DNA of 64,000 nt from Caldilineae bacterium (GCA_020634625.1 JACKBJ010000001.1:153276-217275), one strand, 5' to 3'; positions 29,407 through 41,818 are shown, numbered from the stretch's first letter. Program-made: numbers and translations. The notes: generated by a model from the sequence alone, not told the origin.

Positions 29407-32400
29407 CGGACAGCGCTCCTTTGCGATGGCGCGGCATCGGCCGGCGCGGATCCATCCGGCAGGGTGCCCGACGGCACGCCGATCGACAGATTGTCGAGCC
29501 AGGCCTGGCTGGGATCGACCGCATCGGGCTGGAAGAGGTTGAGGATGATCTCGACGCGCCGTCCGGACCAAGCCGAGAGGTCGTAGTCGAAGGAACGCCA
29601 GCTCGAGCCCGTGTCCTCGGCCAGGGGCCGCTCGCGCGTCAGGTAGCTGGCGGGTCGATCGGAGCGTTCGTCGTCGACGACGATGACCTCGAGCCGATCG
29701 CGTCGCCGACAACCCGTCGCGTCACAGTTGAGGCGACCGTCGATGCGGTAGCGTCCCGAGAAGGTCGGTGAGCCCATGGGCAGGCGCAGGACCTGGCTCA
29801 GCGTGCTGTTGCCCCCCCCGCCGAGCTCCGGCTGACCCACGAACGCGGCGCCGAGGACGGCCGCCGCGCGGCCGCTGAAGGCCGCGTCGGGACCGGCCGC
29901 CCGTGCCGGCGCGCTGCCGCTCAGCCGCCAGGATGTCAAGGCGTCCGCCGCTTCGAAGTCGGCGTTGACGATCGCATTGGGCGCGTAGGGCAGACGAATC
30001 TCGAGCCCGCGCGCGATCGGCTGGTCGGGCCAGAGGCCGAATCCGACCGCCGCGGCACCGATTTCCAGCGCGCCGGCCCCGCAGATGGCCTCGCCCAGGC
30101 CGGCCTCGATTCGAACCTGCCCGCCGTCGGGCAGGCGTGCCTGCAACCACCAGCGCGCGCCAGGCCCGGCGGGAACCGGCACGCCCTTCGGCCCAAGGAC
30201 GCGGGCGACGAGCGGCGCGCAGTCCGGCTCGGTCGCAGGACCGAGCGCCTGGTTCCGCAGCAGCGTCGGCAGCCAGAGCCGTCCGGCCTCCGGTGTCGGC
30301 GCAACCGTCGCGCTGCCCGCCTCTCGGCTCGGCGTGGCCGAAGCCGGCCCCGGACCGAGGGCGGTCGGCGTCGGGCTCGGCGGGACGCGCGTCGCCGTCG
30401 GCGGCGTCGGGCTGGGGCTCGTAGGCGTTGGCGCCGTCGGCGGGGTCGCGCTGGGCGGTTCCGGGCTGGGACCGGGCCCATCGACGAGGGTCCAGGCCTG
30501 GGGCTCGCCCGGCAGCGTGGACCAGTTTCCGGCCCGGTCGCTGGCGCGCGCCGCGAAGGCATAGCGACGGCCGGGCCGGCCCTCGAAACGCCAGCCGGCG
30601 GTGCCGCTCAGGCGATCGGCCGGCCAGTCGCGCGCCTCGCCGACCGGCTGCCAATCGGGCGGGTCGCCGGGTGACCAGCCCTCGCTGACGAAGACCTGGT
30701 AGGCGCCGATCCCGGTGCCGCCATCGGCGGCGTCGACCACCAGGTCCAGGCCCGGATCGGCCGAGCGCTCGGGCAAGCCCTGGACCTGCGCGCGGAACGG
30801 CGCGTAGGCGTCACGCTCGACCAGGATCAGCGGCCGCCCCGCCATCACCGGCGACTGGTTGCCCGGGTTGTTGCGGTTGGTCGTGCCCGGCAAAGTCAGC
30901 AAGTGCTTGCCGCCGACGGGCGCCACCTGCCGACTGGTCAGAGCGCCGTCCGCATCCAGCGCATGGATGCTCGCCTCGGGGCCGGTGGCGAAGAGCTCCA
31001 CTTGCTGTTCGGCCCGCAGCCAGTTCCAGACCAGCTGCACCCGCGAGTCGGGCGGGCGGTAGAACAGCAGACGCTGGCTGAAGTTCGCATCGCGCGGTGG
31101 TCGCCAGAGCAGCTCGGCGCCGGACAGCTCGCGGCTGGCCAGGGCCAAGGCGGCATAGGCCGGCCGAGGCACGCCGGCCAGGCGAGGATCGAGGCGCCAG
31201 CAGGCCTGGCCCTCGGGCGGCGTCCAGCACTGGTTGCTGGCATGGTTGCGCACCAGGCCGAAGGCGTCATAGCTCGACGGTCCGTTGCCGCAGTCGTCGT
31301 ACAGCTGAAACAGGATCTGCACCTGGACCCGCGAGGCCAGGCCCTCGGCCAAGGCCTGCCAGACGTAGCCGGCCTGCTCCGGCGCGCTGGCCCGCCAGGG
31401 ACTGGTCGGGTCCCAGCAGGGGCCGGGATGCTCCGACCAGATCGGAACCCCCATCTCGGTGACCCAGATCGGCTTCTCGGGCAGGCCTCGACCGGCGAGC
31501 AGACGCCGCGCCTGAGCCGGGCCGGTGACCAGCAGGTTGGGATAGACATACCAGTGCCAGGCGGCCGCGTCGAAGTACCAGGCATGGCGCCGAACCAGCG
31601 GGCTCTGCCCCGCGCGGGCCACCAGGGCGTCCAGGAAGGCGTTGTACCAGGTGCCGGCGCTCGCGTCGTCGGCGATCCCGCCATGCAGCACGATCGCGCC
31701 CGGGTCGATCCAGTGGATCACCAGGTAGGCAACCTCCAGGTAGCGCGCGAACTGCGCCGGGCTGCCGCTCCAGAAATGGGCCAGGTTGGGCTCGTTGCCG
31801 ATCTCCCAGGTGCGAACGCCGGAATCGCTGGGCCAGCCCATCGCGCGCGCCAGCTCGCCGCCGGGGCCGTAGCGCGTCACGCTGGCCGCGACGAAGCGGG
31901 CCCAGGGATGGTCCGGATTGACCCGCAGCGCCAGGGCCGGATCGTCGGTGGTCCCGGCGGCGCCGATGAAGATCGGTCGGTCGAGGCCGCTGGGCGGCGC
32001 CGCTTCGGGGCGTAGGGGCGGCTCGGCCTCGAGGCCGCTACGCAGGCCAAAGGGATCCGGACCGCGCAGCAGCGCCGAGCGGCCGTGGCCGGCGACCGGA
32101 GTCATGGCGGGACGCACCGCCGACTGCCCCGCAAGGATCGTGGAATGGAATCCAGGCGTGCCCTGGAGGATGGCCAGGGTGCGCAGGCCAGCGGCCCGGT
32201 CGCGCTGGACGATCCCGTCCGAGACCTGCCAGTCGTAGGCGCCTGGCGTGGTCTCGATCATGTCCCAATACAGCGACCAGCGGTTCCAGCCGCTGCCGGC
32301 CGCCGCCGCCTTGCCGTAGCGATCCGAGAGATCGGCGGCCGGCAGTCGCTCGGAGCGCTCGATCCCACCGTCGGGTCGTCGCGACGCGTGCAGGTCCATC

Positions 32401-32600
32401 AGGTCGACGTGCGCCAGGCCAAAGGCCGGCAGGGTCTCGACCGGGCCCTGCTGCAGCGCGGCGGCTGGTCGGGCCGCCTCCACCAAGGTCGGTCGCGAGG
32501 GACCCATGAACAGGCACAGGCCGACCGGTAGCAGGGCCAGACAGGGCCGTCGCCAGGTCGCGGGTCGAGCGGCCCCGTCGCCGCGCATCGGGCTCGGCAT
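29403..32600 (-). CDS. Large secreted glycoside hydrolase (clan GH-A TIM barrel) + FN3-like + Pro/Thr linker + C-terminal CBM/galactose-binding-like domain
   Basis: ORF track 29403..32885. Start at ATG 32600, 5 nt after the upstream stop. Signal-like CLALLPVGLCLFMG. Clan-A catalytic signatures WEIGNEPN (acid/base) and IWVTEMG (nucleophile). PSPEPPSATPPTAPTPTSPSPTPPTA linker. C-terminal NADFEA...WLDNLSIG. Confidence 0.8.
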   Translation of the reverse strand: MPSPMRGDGAARPATWRRPCLALLPVGLCLFMGPSRPTLVEAARPAAALQQGPVETLPAFGLAHVDLMDLHASRRPDGGIERSERLPAADLSDRYGKAAAAGSGWNRWSLYWDMIETTPGAYDWQVSDGIVQRDRAAGLRTLAILQGTPGFHSTILAGQSAVRPAMTPVAGHGRSALLRGPDPFGLRSGLEAEPPLRPEAAPPSGLDRPIFIGAAGTTDDPALALRVNPDHPWARFVAASVTRYGPGGELARAMGWPSDSGVRTWEIGNEPNLAHFWSGSPAQFARYLEVAYLVIHWIDPGAIVLHGGIADDASAGTWYNAFLDALVARAGQSPLVRRHAWYFDAAAWHWYVYPNLLVTGPAQARRLLAGRGLPEKPIWVTEMGVPIWSEHPGPCWDPTSPWRASAPEQAGYVWQALAEGLASRVQVQILFQLYDDCGNGPSSYDAFGLVRNHASNQCWTPPEGQACWRLDPRLAGVPRPAYAALALASRELSGAELLWRPPRDANFSQRLLFYRPPDSRVQLVWNWLRAEQQVELFATGPEASIHALDADGALTSRQVAPVGGKHLLTLPGTTNRNNPGNQSPVMAGRPLILVERDAYAPFRAQVQGLPERSADPGLDLVVDAADGGTGIGAYQVFVSEGWSPGDPPDWQPVGEARDWPADRLSGTAGWRFEGRPGRRYAFAARASDRAGNWSTLPGEPQAWTLVDGPGPSPEPPSATPPTAPTPTSPSPTPPTATRVPPSPTPTALGPGPASATPSREAGSATVAPTPEAGRLWLPTLLRNQALGPATEPDCAPLVARVLGPKGVPVPAGPGARWWLQARLPDGGQVRIEAGLGEAICGAGALEIGAAAVGFGLWPDQPIARGLEIRLPYAPNAIVNADFEAADALTSWRLSGSAPARAAGPDAAFSGRAAAVLGAAFVGQPELGGGGNSTLSQVLRLPMGSPTFSGRYRIDGRLNCDATGCRRRDRLEVIVVDDERSDRPASYLTRERPLAEDTGSSWRSFDYDLSAWSGRRVEIILNLFQPDAVDPSQAWLDNLSIGVPSGTLPDGSAPADAAPSQRSAVR

Positions 32601-32605
32601 GCCGG

Positions 32606-34309
32606 TCAGCGCGATCCGTGGTTCTTGAAGACCGCCGGCGCGAAGAGGTTGTAGAGCGTTGGAAGCGGGGTGGCGTTCGGATCGGGGGTGGCCGGCACGC
32701 GAGTCGGTGTCTGGGTCGGGGTGTTCCCACCGCCGCCTTGGACGGCGACCGGCTCGGACAGGGCGGAGCTGTTGCCGTTGGTGTCGGTGCAGCTGGCCGT
32801 CACGAACTTGTGCGCGATCGGACCGGGCGCCTCGAAGATGAACAAGCCGGTGGTCGCCTCGGCCTTGACGGCGCCCTCGTACCACCGCGCCTCTCCCTTT
32901 TCGTCGGAGTAGATCTCGACGTCGCCGCCGCGGCAGCTGGAGGCACTGCCCACCACACGGGCAGGGCTGGCGCTGTTGATCTTGGGCGCCTTGACGCCCG
33001 CGTTCGCGCCCTGCGAGACCTGGATGCCGATCCCGTTGTTGTTCCAGACCGCGTTCTGCGAGATCCGGTTGCCGCGAGCGCTGGCGCCGGCGATCGAGAT
33101 GCCGCCCTTGTCGTTGCAGGCGACGAAGTTGCGTTCGATGCGCGTGGCGTTGACCCCGTTGTTGATCTGGATGCCGAGCTGGCCGTTGCCGGCGCAGGTC
33201 TCGGCGTCGGATTGGAGCCCGATCAGGTTCTCGTGGATCACGGTGCGGTAGCTGCCGTCGTACACCGAGATCCCGGAAGTCTCGACGCCGGCGATGGTGT
33301 TGTCGGCGATCTCGGTGTCGTTCGAGCCGACCTTGACCGTCACGCCGGCCTGGAGCCCGGCTGGCTGGCCGGCTAGATCGAGGCCAAAGCGGTTCCCGAT
33401 GACCTTGTTGCCGTTCGCGTCCTGCGTGATCGACACACCCGAGCCGAGCGTGCTGGCAGCGAAGACGTTCTGGTTGGCGCCGACGCCGCCGATGGTGTTG
33501 CCGCTGGAACCCAAGGTCACCTGCACGCAGTCATCCTGCAGCGGACGGCGAACCGTCCCGTCGCCGGTGATGCCGCACCAGTTGCCGAGCACCCGGTTGC
33601 CGCTCGAGCTACGGTCCCGGATCTGGATCCCGACGGCCGGCCGAATCCCGTAGAGCGCCAGACCCGGCCCGAACTGGTTGTTGGTGGCGCCCTCCCCCAG
33701 CAGGCCCTGGCGAACCACGAATGCCGCGATCTGGAAGTCGCCCTCCACGTCGAAGCCCTTGAAGGTGTTGCCGGAGCTCTCGATGACGAAGGCATGCTCG
33801 AGCTGACCCGCGCCGGGGGTGATGACGATCTTGTTGTCGGCCGGGCTCGACCAGCCTTCGATGTCCAGCGAGAAGTCGATGGTCGTGCCGTTCTGGCTCA
33901 GGCTGTAGGCCAGTCCGTTCTCGGCGAACTCGAAGTACCACTTGCCGGTGGCAGCATCGTAGCCCGGATCCTCGCGGCTGAGCGGTTTGGCCAGGGGCGA
34001 GCAGCGCTTGGCGCCCGGCGTGCCCGGCTCGAAGCAGGCTCGGATGGTGCCCTGCATCCCGGCGCCCTCGATGCGCTCGATGGCCGATCGCAGGGGGCAG
34101 TCCTGCTGCGGCAGGCAGTGGTTCGCCTGCACCGGCAGGTCCTCGGTGGTGTTGACGTAGACGGCGAAGCCGCCCTGGGCGCTCGCCGTGTCGGCGAACA
34201 GCAGCAGGCCGGGCAACAGGAGCGCGAGCAGGCGCGGCGCGCGGTGGGACACGATCGGCCCTCCTCTTCGGGTACCAGAGATCGGCGCGGGACCAGGGGT
34301 CCGCGCCAT
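32606..34309 (-). CDS. Secreted right-handed beta-helix repeat protein with CSLREA-like N-terminal motif
   Basis: ORF track 32606..34459. Start at ATG 34309. Signal LLALLLPGLLLFADTASAQG. CPLRSAIERI resembles the CSLREA domain motif. Many G.SGN.I.GN / NGIGIQV beta-helix turns. C-terminal Pro/Thr tail. Confidence 0.8.
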   Translation of the reverse strand: MARTPGPAPISGTRRGGPIVSHRAPRLLALLLPGLLLFADTASAQGGFAVYVNTTEDLPVQANHCLPQQDCPLRSAIERIEGAGMQGTIRACFEPGTPGAKRCSPLAKPLSREDPGYDAATGKWYFEFAENGLAYSLSQNGTTIDFSLDIEGWSSPADNKIVITPGAGQLEHAFVIESSGNTFKGFDVEGDFQIAAFVVRQGLLGEGATNNQFGPGLALYGIRPAVGIQIRDRSSSGNRVLGNWCGITGDGTVRRPLQDDCVQVTLGSSGNTIGGVGANQNVFAASTLGSGVSITQDANGNKVIGNRFGLDLAGQPAGLQAGVTVKVGSNDTEIADNTIAGVETSGISVYDGSYRTVIHENLIGLQSDAETCAGNGQLGIQINNGVNATRIERNFVACNDKGGISIAGASARGNRISQNAVWNNNGIGIQVSQGANAGVKAPKINSASPARVVGSASSCRGGDVEIYSDEKGEARWYEGAVKAEATTGLFIFEAPGPIAHKFVTASCTDTNGNSSALSEPVAVQGGGGNTPTQTPTRVPATPDPNATPLPTLYNLFAPAVFKNHGSR

Positions 34310-34370
34310 CGGCGCAGACCCGATTATACCAGACCTGACGTCGCATCCTGGTCGCCCGGCAGAGCCCGCG

Positions 34371-35702
34371 CTAGGGCGACTCGGGCGTCGCCTCGGGATC
34401 GCCGGCGTAGTAGATGCGGTAGATCCGACCGCCGCCCTCGTCGGAGACGAGCAAGGCACCGTCGGCGGCCAGCTCGAGGTCGACCGGGCTGCCCCAGCGT
34501 CGGGTGTCGGGCCGCAACCAGCCGCTGGCGAAGTCGAAGACGTCGCCGCGCGGCGCCCAGCCGTTCATCGGCACCCGAACGATGTTGTAGCCACCGGGCA
34601 GCTCGCGCCGCAGGCCCGATCCCGACAAGGCCACGTAGAGGTCGCCCCGATAGGTCTCGGGAAACTGGAGGCCATCGTAGAAGCGCAGACCGGCCACGCC
34701 GGCCTGGCCGAGCAGCTCGACCATCGGCGCCAGGGTCGCGCCGCAGAACCCGGGTTCGGCGGCCAGGGTCGTGTCCCGCCGCTGGGCGCCGTAGCAGTAG
34801 GGCCAGCCGAAGTGGGCGCCCGGCGAGAGGCGGTTCAGCTCGTCCGGCACCCGGTCGTCACCGAGGCCGATACGGCCCCGATCGCTCGCCCAGAGGTCTC
34901 CGGTGGCGGGATGGAAGGCCAGCCCCATAGGCGACCGCAGGCCCGCGCTGTAGATCTTGGATTCGCCGGATTCGGGATCGATCTGCAGCACCGCCGCGCG
35001 GCGGACGTCGGTCTCCTCGCAGACGTTGCAGCTGGCGCCCACGCCCACGTAGAGCTTGCCATCCGGGCCCATGTCGAGCGGCCGCGCCCATTGATCGCCG
35101 TCGGGCGGCAGCTCGGCCAGACGCTCGGCCGGACCGGAAGGCTGCAGGTCACCATCGGCATAGGGCAGGCGCAGCACCGCGTCGGTGCTCGCCACGTAGA
35201 GCCAACCCGGCCGGACCACGATGCCATAGGGCCTTCGCAAGACGCCGCCCTCGGCATAGACCGCCAGGGCCCCGTCATCCAGCACGCCGTCGGCGTCGCG
35301 GTCGGGAAGCACCAGGATACGGTCCTCGGACGGCACGCTGACGAAGAGGTCGCCGTTGGGCGCCGTGGCCAGCCCGGACACCGGCAGACCCAGATCGGCG
35401 AAGACGCCGACGCCGAAGCCGGGCGGCAGGCTGAGCGGCTCGAGGGGCGGAACCACGCGGGTCAGTGCGGGCCGGGTCGTCGGAGCCGGCCCCGGCGTCG
35501 GGCTCGAAGCGACGAAGGCCGGCAGGGCCGGCGTGGCGTTGTCCAGGGCGAGCGGCGATCGCGGCGGGATGGGGGTGGCCGCGGAACAGGCACCCGCGAC
35601 GAGGGCCATCGCTCCGAGCAGGGTCGTGCGGGCGGCTCGGCGTCGCGTGGCGCCGCGGGCAGCCCTCGCCTGCGGCCCACCGGCCCGGTCTTGGCAGTGC
35701 AT
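34371..35702 (-). CDS. PQQ-dependent soluble sugar (glucose/sorbosone) dehydrogenase family beta-propeller, lipoprotein/Tat-like signal
   Basis: 443 aa. TRRRAARTTLLGAMALVAGAC. LPPGFGVGVFA, APNGDLFV, GPDGKLYVGVGASCNVCEE, DELNRLSPGAHFGWPYCYG. Confidence 0.8.
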   Translation of the reverse strand: MHCQDRAGGPQARAARGATRRRAARTTLLGAMALVAGACSAATPIPPRSPLALDNATPALPAFVASSPTPGPAPTTRPALTRVVPPLEPLSLPPGFGVGVFADLGLPVSGLATAPNGDLFVSVPSEDRILVLPDRDADGVLDDGALAVYAEGGVLRRPYGIVVRPGWLYVASTDAVLRLPYADGDLQPSGPAERLAELPPDGDQWARPLDMGPDGKLYVGVGASCNVCEETDVRRAAVLQIDPESGESKIYSAGLRSPMGLAFHPATGDLWASDRGRIGLGDDRVPDELNRLSPGAHFGWPYCYGAQRRDTTLAAEPGFCGATLAPMVELLGQAGVAGLRFYDGLQFPETYRGDLYVALSGSGLRRELPGGYNIVRVPMNGWAPRGDVFDFASGWLRPDTRRWGSPVDLELAADGALLVSDEGGGRIYRIYYAGDPEATPESP

Positions 35703-35732
35703 GGGCAGATTGTAGCAGGTCGAGGCCTCGTC

Positions 35733-35761
35733 TTGGATCGATTTCGGGCCGACCCTATACT
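35733..35761 (+). promoter_or_regulatory. Sigma-70-like promoter candidate for the CysRS/MshC-like gene
   Basis: TTGGAT, 17-nt spacer, TATACT (35756..35761), about 60 nt upstream of the ATG at 35822. Confidence 0.4.
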
Positions 35762-35821
35762 CCTCGTCGGCGCCGCGGCCGAGCCGAGGCCGACCCCGAA
35801 CGCGACTCTCTGGAGCCCGGC

Positions 35822-37111
35822 ATGTACCTCTACGATTCGTTGCAGCAGACGCGTCAGCGCCTGCGCCCGTCCCCGGGTCGACCGATCACGGTCTACGTCT
35901 GCGGCATCACCCCCTACGACACGACCCATCTCGGGCATGCCTTCACCTACATCGTGTTCGACGTGCTCCTGCGGCACCTCGAGGTGGCGCGGGGTTGGCA
36001 GACCCGTTATGTCCAGAACCTGACCGACATCGACGACGACATCCTGCGCAAGGCCGACGAGACCGGCTCCGACTGGCGCGAGCTGGGCCTGTCCTGGACC
36101 CGGCGCTTCCGCGAGGACATGGCCTGGCTGGGCATGCGGCCGCCCGACGTCTATCCCGGCGCGACCAGCGCCCTGCCCGAGATCATCGCCAACGTCGCGT
36201 CGCTCGTGGACGCGGGACGGGCCTACACCCGCGCCGGCAGCGTCTACTTCCGCGTGGCGAGCGACCCCGACTTCGGCGTCGGACTGGACCTCGATCCCGA
36301 GGCGCTGTTGGACCTTGCCAACCGCCGTGGCAACCTGCCCGACGATCCGGCCAAGTCCGATCCGATCGACTTCGTGCTGTGGCAGGCGGCCAAGGCTGGC
36401 GAGCCGGCCTGGCACAGCCCTTGGGGGCCGGGGCGTCCGGGCTGGCACATCGAGTGCTCCAGCCTGGCGATGAAGCACCTCGGTCGTCAGGTGGACATTC
36501 ATGGCGGCGGCGGGGATCTCGCCTTCCCGCACCATGCCTGCGAGCGCGCGCAGTGCCGGACGCTGGCGACGGCCAAGCCATGGACCCGCTTCTGGGTCCA
36601 CGCCGCCATGGTCGAGATGGACGGCGAGAAGATGTCCAAGAGCCTGGGCAACCTGGTGATGGTGCGCGAGCTCTCGCGCAGCGCGCAGCCCGACACCGTC
36701 CGGCTGTACCTCCTGCGCCACGGCTACCGCCAGTCCTGGCAATGGGATCCCGCGCGCTTCGAGGAGACCCGCGCCTGGACCCGCACGCTGCATGCTGCGA
36801 TGCGACGGAGCTCGGGCAGCGGCCGACCCATCGACGTCGGCCGCTTCGGACCCCGCTTCACCCAGGCCATGGAGGATGACCTCGACACGCCGAGCGCGGT
36901 CGCGGTCGTGCTCGAGCTGGCCGACGCCATCATCGCGGCACCGCCGGCCAGCGATCTTCGGGTGGCGCAGGACCTGCTGCGCGCGACGGCCGGCCGCATC
37001 CTGGGGCTTCGGCTCGAGCCCTTCGACACGCCGCCCGAGGCGCTCGAGACGATCTGGCCCGAGCCTTTGATCGAGGCGCCGGACCTGATCTACGCCGCGC
37101 CGGTGGAGTAG
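35822..37111 (+). CDS. Cysteine-activating class I ligase of the CysRS/MshC family (short, 429 aa)
   Basis: ORF track 35465..37111. Start at ATG 35822 (MYLYDSLQQTRQ..). VCGITPYDTTHLGHAFTY (HLGH), NLTDIDDDI, WGPGRPGWHIECS, IHGGGGDLAFPHH, KMSKS. The C-terminal region after KMSKS is shorter than in E. coli CysRS as I recall it. Confidence 0.85.
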   Translation: MYLYDSLQQTRQRLRPSPGRPITVYVCGITPYDTTHLGHAFTYIVFDVLLRHLEVARGWQTRYVQNLTDIDDDILRKADETGSDWRELGLSWTRRFREDMAWLGMRPPDVYPGATSALPEIIANVASLVDAGRAYTRAGSVYFRVASDPDFGVGLDLDPEALLDLANRRGNLPDDPAKSDPIDFVLWQAAKAGEPAWHSPWGPGRPGWHIECSSLAMKHLGRQVDIHGGGGDLAFPHHACERAQCRTLATAKPWTRFWVHAAMVEMDGEKMSKSLGNLVMVRELSRSAQPDTVRLYLLRHGYRQSWQWDPARFEETRAWTRTLHAAMRRSSGSGRPIDVGRFGPRFTQAMEDDLDTPSAVAVVLELADAIIAAPPASDLRVAQDLLRATAGRILGLRLEPFDTPPEALETIWPEPLIEAPDLIYAAPVE

Positions 37112-37141
37112 CCGGCCGATCGCCTCGGACCGGAGCGCCGC

Positions 37142-39307
37142 TCAGGCATCCAGCAGGTCGGCCAGGGCCGCCGGATCGGTCACCGGCAGCTCGCAGACCG
37201 GGCCGCGGCAGAACCAGGCGGCCGCCTTCCCCGTCGGCGGCCGGCGATCGGCCAACAGCGGAATGCGCCTCGCGGCGGGGTCATCCGGAGCGGGCGCCCA
37301 GGCGACCACCGTGCCCGGTCGATGGCGTCGCCGGAGCTCGCCGAGCAGCGCGTCGGCACCGGAGGCGGGGTCGCCGACGACCGCCAGCGCCCGCATGCCG
37401 ACCTGCCAGCTCGCGAGCACCCGGAGCATGGCGGCCGACGCGATCGGCGCGCGCTCCATCATCGGTCGGGCCAACCGCAGGGTGGCCTCGACGGCCTGGA
37501 TGTAGCGCGCCTCGCCCGTCAGGGCATGCAGGCGCAGCAGCAGGTCGGCGGCGAGCGCGTTGCCGCTGGGCAGGGCGCCGTCGTCCAGGGGCTTCTGTCG
37601 GACGATCAGCCCCTCGTGATGGGGCCCGCTGCGAAAGAAGCCGCCCAGCTCCCGGTCGGCGAAGCGCTCGAGCATGCCCTCGGCCAGGGTCTGCGCCGCC
37701 AGGAACCAGCGCAGCTCGAAGCGCGCCTCGTAGAGCGACAGGCAGGCGCCACTGAGCGCGGCGTGATCGTCCAGATAGCCGCGTTCGGCGGCCCGTCCAT
37801 CGATCCAGTAGCGCGCCAGCTCGCCGTCCGGCAATCGGGCCTGCCCCAGGAGATGATCGGCCGACCGCGTGGCGGCCAGGTACAGGGCATCGCCTTCCGG
37901 TCCGCCCAGACCGGCCGACTGCCGGGCCAGGGCATCGATCATCAAGCCGTTCCACGCCAGGATCTGCTTTCGATCGGTGTCCGGCGCATCGCGCAGCGCA
38001 CGCCGCTCGCGCAGCCGCCGATAGATGCCGCCGAGCCGCGCTCCGAGACGCGCGACGCCGGTAGCCGGCGCGAGATCGGGCAGGCTCGCCGGGTCACGGC
38101 GGCTGGACAGGACCGTGGCCCCCTGCTCGAAGTTGCCGCCCGGCTCGACCCCGAACCAGGCGGCGGCCAGCATCCGATCCTCGGGCTCCAGACTCTCCGC
38201 CAGCTCCTCCGGACGCCAGGCGAAGAAGGCCCCCTCGCCGTCCGGGGTGTCGGCATCCTGTGCCGCCTGGAAGCCGCCATCGGGCAGCTGCAGCTCGCGC
38301 AGCGCGTAGCCGCTGGTCGCCAGCGCGATCCGGCGGTTGCGATCGGGTCCCCAGGCCAGCGCCGGCAGCGCCTCGAGGCCGAGCGCTCCCGGGTCTCGCA
38401 CGTCCGCGCCGGCCGAAACCGCTCGCGGCGCGCGATCGCGGATCCAGAGCCCGTCCCGACGGGCGGCATCGGCGTACAGACGGGCCAGCTGGGCATTGTC
38501 GTAGAGCATCTTCTCGAAGTGCGGCACGCTCCACGTTGCGTCGACCGCATAGCGATGGAAGCCGCCGCCCAGGTGATCCCAGATCCCGCCGCGCGCCATG
38601 GCATCGAGCGCGGCTTGAGTCGCCCGGCTCGCCTCCGGGTCCTCCGCGCGCGCCGACAGGTCGAGCAGGAATCCGAGCGCCGCCGGCTGTGGAAACTTGG
38701 GCGCCCGGCCGAAGCCCCCGGCGGATCGATCGACCAGGGCCAGCAGGGCGCTCCGTGCGCCGGCCAGGGTCCTCGCATCGGGCATCTCGGGATCCGACGC
38801 CAGCGCGAAGGCTTCCCGCATGGCGCTGCTCAGACGGGCGGCGCTCGCGAGCACCTCGTCGCGGCGGTCGCGCCAGGCCGCGGCGATGCCCTCGAGGATC
38901 TGGGGAAAGCCGGCCATCCCATGGCGCGGCGCCGGCGGGAAGTAGGTGCCACCATAGAACGGCGCCCCGCTCGGCGTCAGAAAGGCGGTCAAGGGCCAGC
39001 CGCCACGGCCCGTCATGGCCTGCACGGCTTCCATGTAGAGGGCGTCGAGGTCGGGTCGCGCTTCGCGATCGACCTTGACGTTGACGAAGTGCTGGTTCAT
39101 CAGACCGGCGATGTCCGGGTCCTCGAAGGACTCGTGGGCCATGACATGGCACCAGTGGCAAGCCGAATAGCCGATCGAAAGCAGGATCGGCTGGTCCCGA
39201 TCCCGCGCGAGCGCCAGGGCCTCCGGTCCCCAGGGCAGCCAGTCCACCGGATTGTCGGCGTGCTGCAGCAGATAGGGCGAGCTCGATCCGGCCAGGGCGT
39301 TGGGCAT
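37142..39307 (-). CDS. Thioredoxin-domain protein of the YyaL/SSP411 (DUF255) family with six-hairpin glycosidase-like C-terminal domain
   Basis: ORF track 37142..39409. Start at ATG 39307 ([27 protein letters not shown]). [41 protein letters not shown]. Confidence 0.9.
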   Translation of the reverse strand: MPNALAGSSSPYLLQHADNPVDWLPWGPEALALARDRDQPILLSIGYSACHWCHVMAHESFEDPDIAGLMNQHFVNVKVDREARPDLDALYMEAVQAMTGRGGWPLTAFLTPSGAPFYGGTYFPPAPRHGMAGFPQILEGIAAAWRDRRDEVLASAARLSSAMREAFALASDPEMPDARTLAGARSALLALVDRSAGGFGRAPKFPQPAALGFLLDLSARAEDPEASRATQAALDAMARGGIWDHLGGGFHRYAVDATWSVPHFEKMLYDNAQLARLYADAARRDGLWIRDRAPRAVSAGADVRDPGALGLEALPALAWGPDRNRRIALATSGYALRELQLPDGGFQAAQDADTPDGEGAFFAWRPEELAESLEPEDRMLAAAWFGVEPGGNFEQGATVLSSRRDPASLPDLAPATGVARLGARLGGIYRRLRERRALRDAPDTDRKQILAWNGLMIDALARQSAGLGGPEGDALYLAATRSADHLLGQARLPDGELARYWIDGRAAERGYLDDHAALSGACLSLYEARFELRWFLAAQTLAEGMLERFADRELGGFFRSGPHHEGLIVRQKPLDDGALPSGNALAADLLLRLHALTGEARYIQAVEATLRLARPMMERAPIASAAMLRVLASWQVGMRALAVVGDPASGADALLGELRRRHRPGTVVAWAPAPDDPAARRIPLLADRRPPTGKAAAWFCRGPVCELPVTDPAALADLLDA

Positions 39308-39357
39308 GCTGCGGATTCCTTTCGTGGGCTGGGTCGCCCCGCTCGAACGGGCTCGGA

Positions 39358-41346
<1,989 letters not shown>

Positions 41347-41482
41347 CGCCGGCGGCGGTGCGGGCCCCGAGCCGGGCCGCTGCCCGCAGCACGCGACGAG
41401 CCGGGCTCGAAAGCCCGGCTCGTCCGACGCTGCAGAATCGGCCTGTCCGGGCCCTGGGCGAGGCTGCCCAGGCCCGACGCGA

Positions 41483-41740
41483 TCACTGGTTGGCGAGCGC
41501 GTTGTGGATGAAGCGCACCGCGTCACCCACGGTCTTGATCTCGTTGGCGTCATCCTCGCTGATGTCGCCCACGCCGAACTTGTCCTCGAAGTCCATGATC
41601 ATCTCGGCCAGATCGAGCGAGTCGGCTTCGAGATCGTCCTTGAAGCTCTGCTCCTCGCTGATGCCGTCGGCATCGACGCTCAGGTTCTCCGCGATGATCT
41701 CGCGAATGCGGGCGAAGACCTCGTCTTTCGACATCGCCAT
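41483..41740 (-). CDS. acpP: Acyl carrier protein
   Basis: 85 aa. DLEADSLDLAEMIMDFEDKFG (the DSL phosphopantetheine site). GGAAGGAGA RBS upstream. Confidence 0.93.
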   Translation of the reverse strand: MAMSKDEVFARIREIIAENLSVDADGISEEQSFKDDLEADSLDLAEMIMDFEDKFGVGDISEDDANEIKTVGDAVRFIHNALANQ

Positions 41741-41818
41741 GATGGATTCGTCTCCTTCCGATGGCTCACACGTTCGGGCCGCCGCCCGTCACGGTCTGCC
41801 CCTGGCGGGGGCGGCGAG

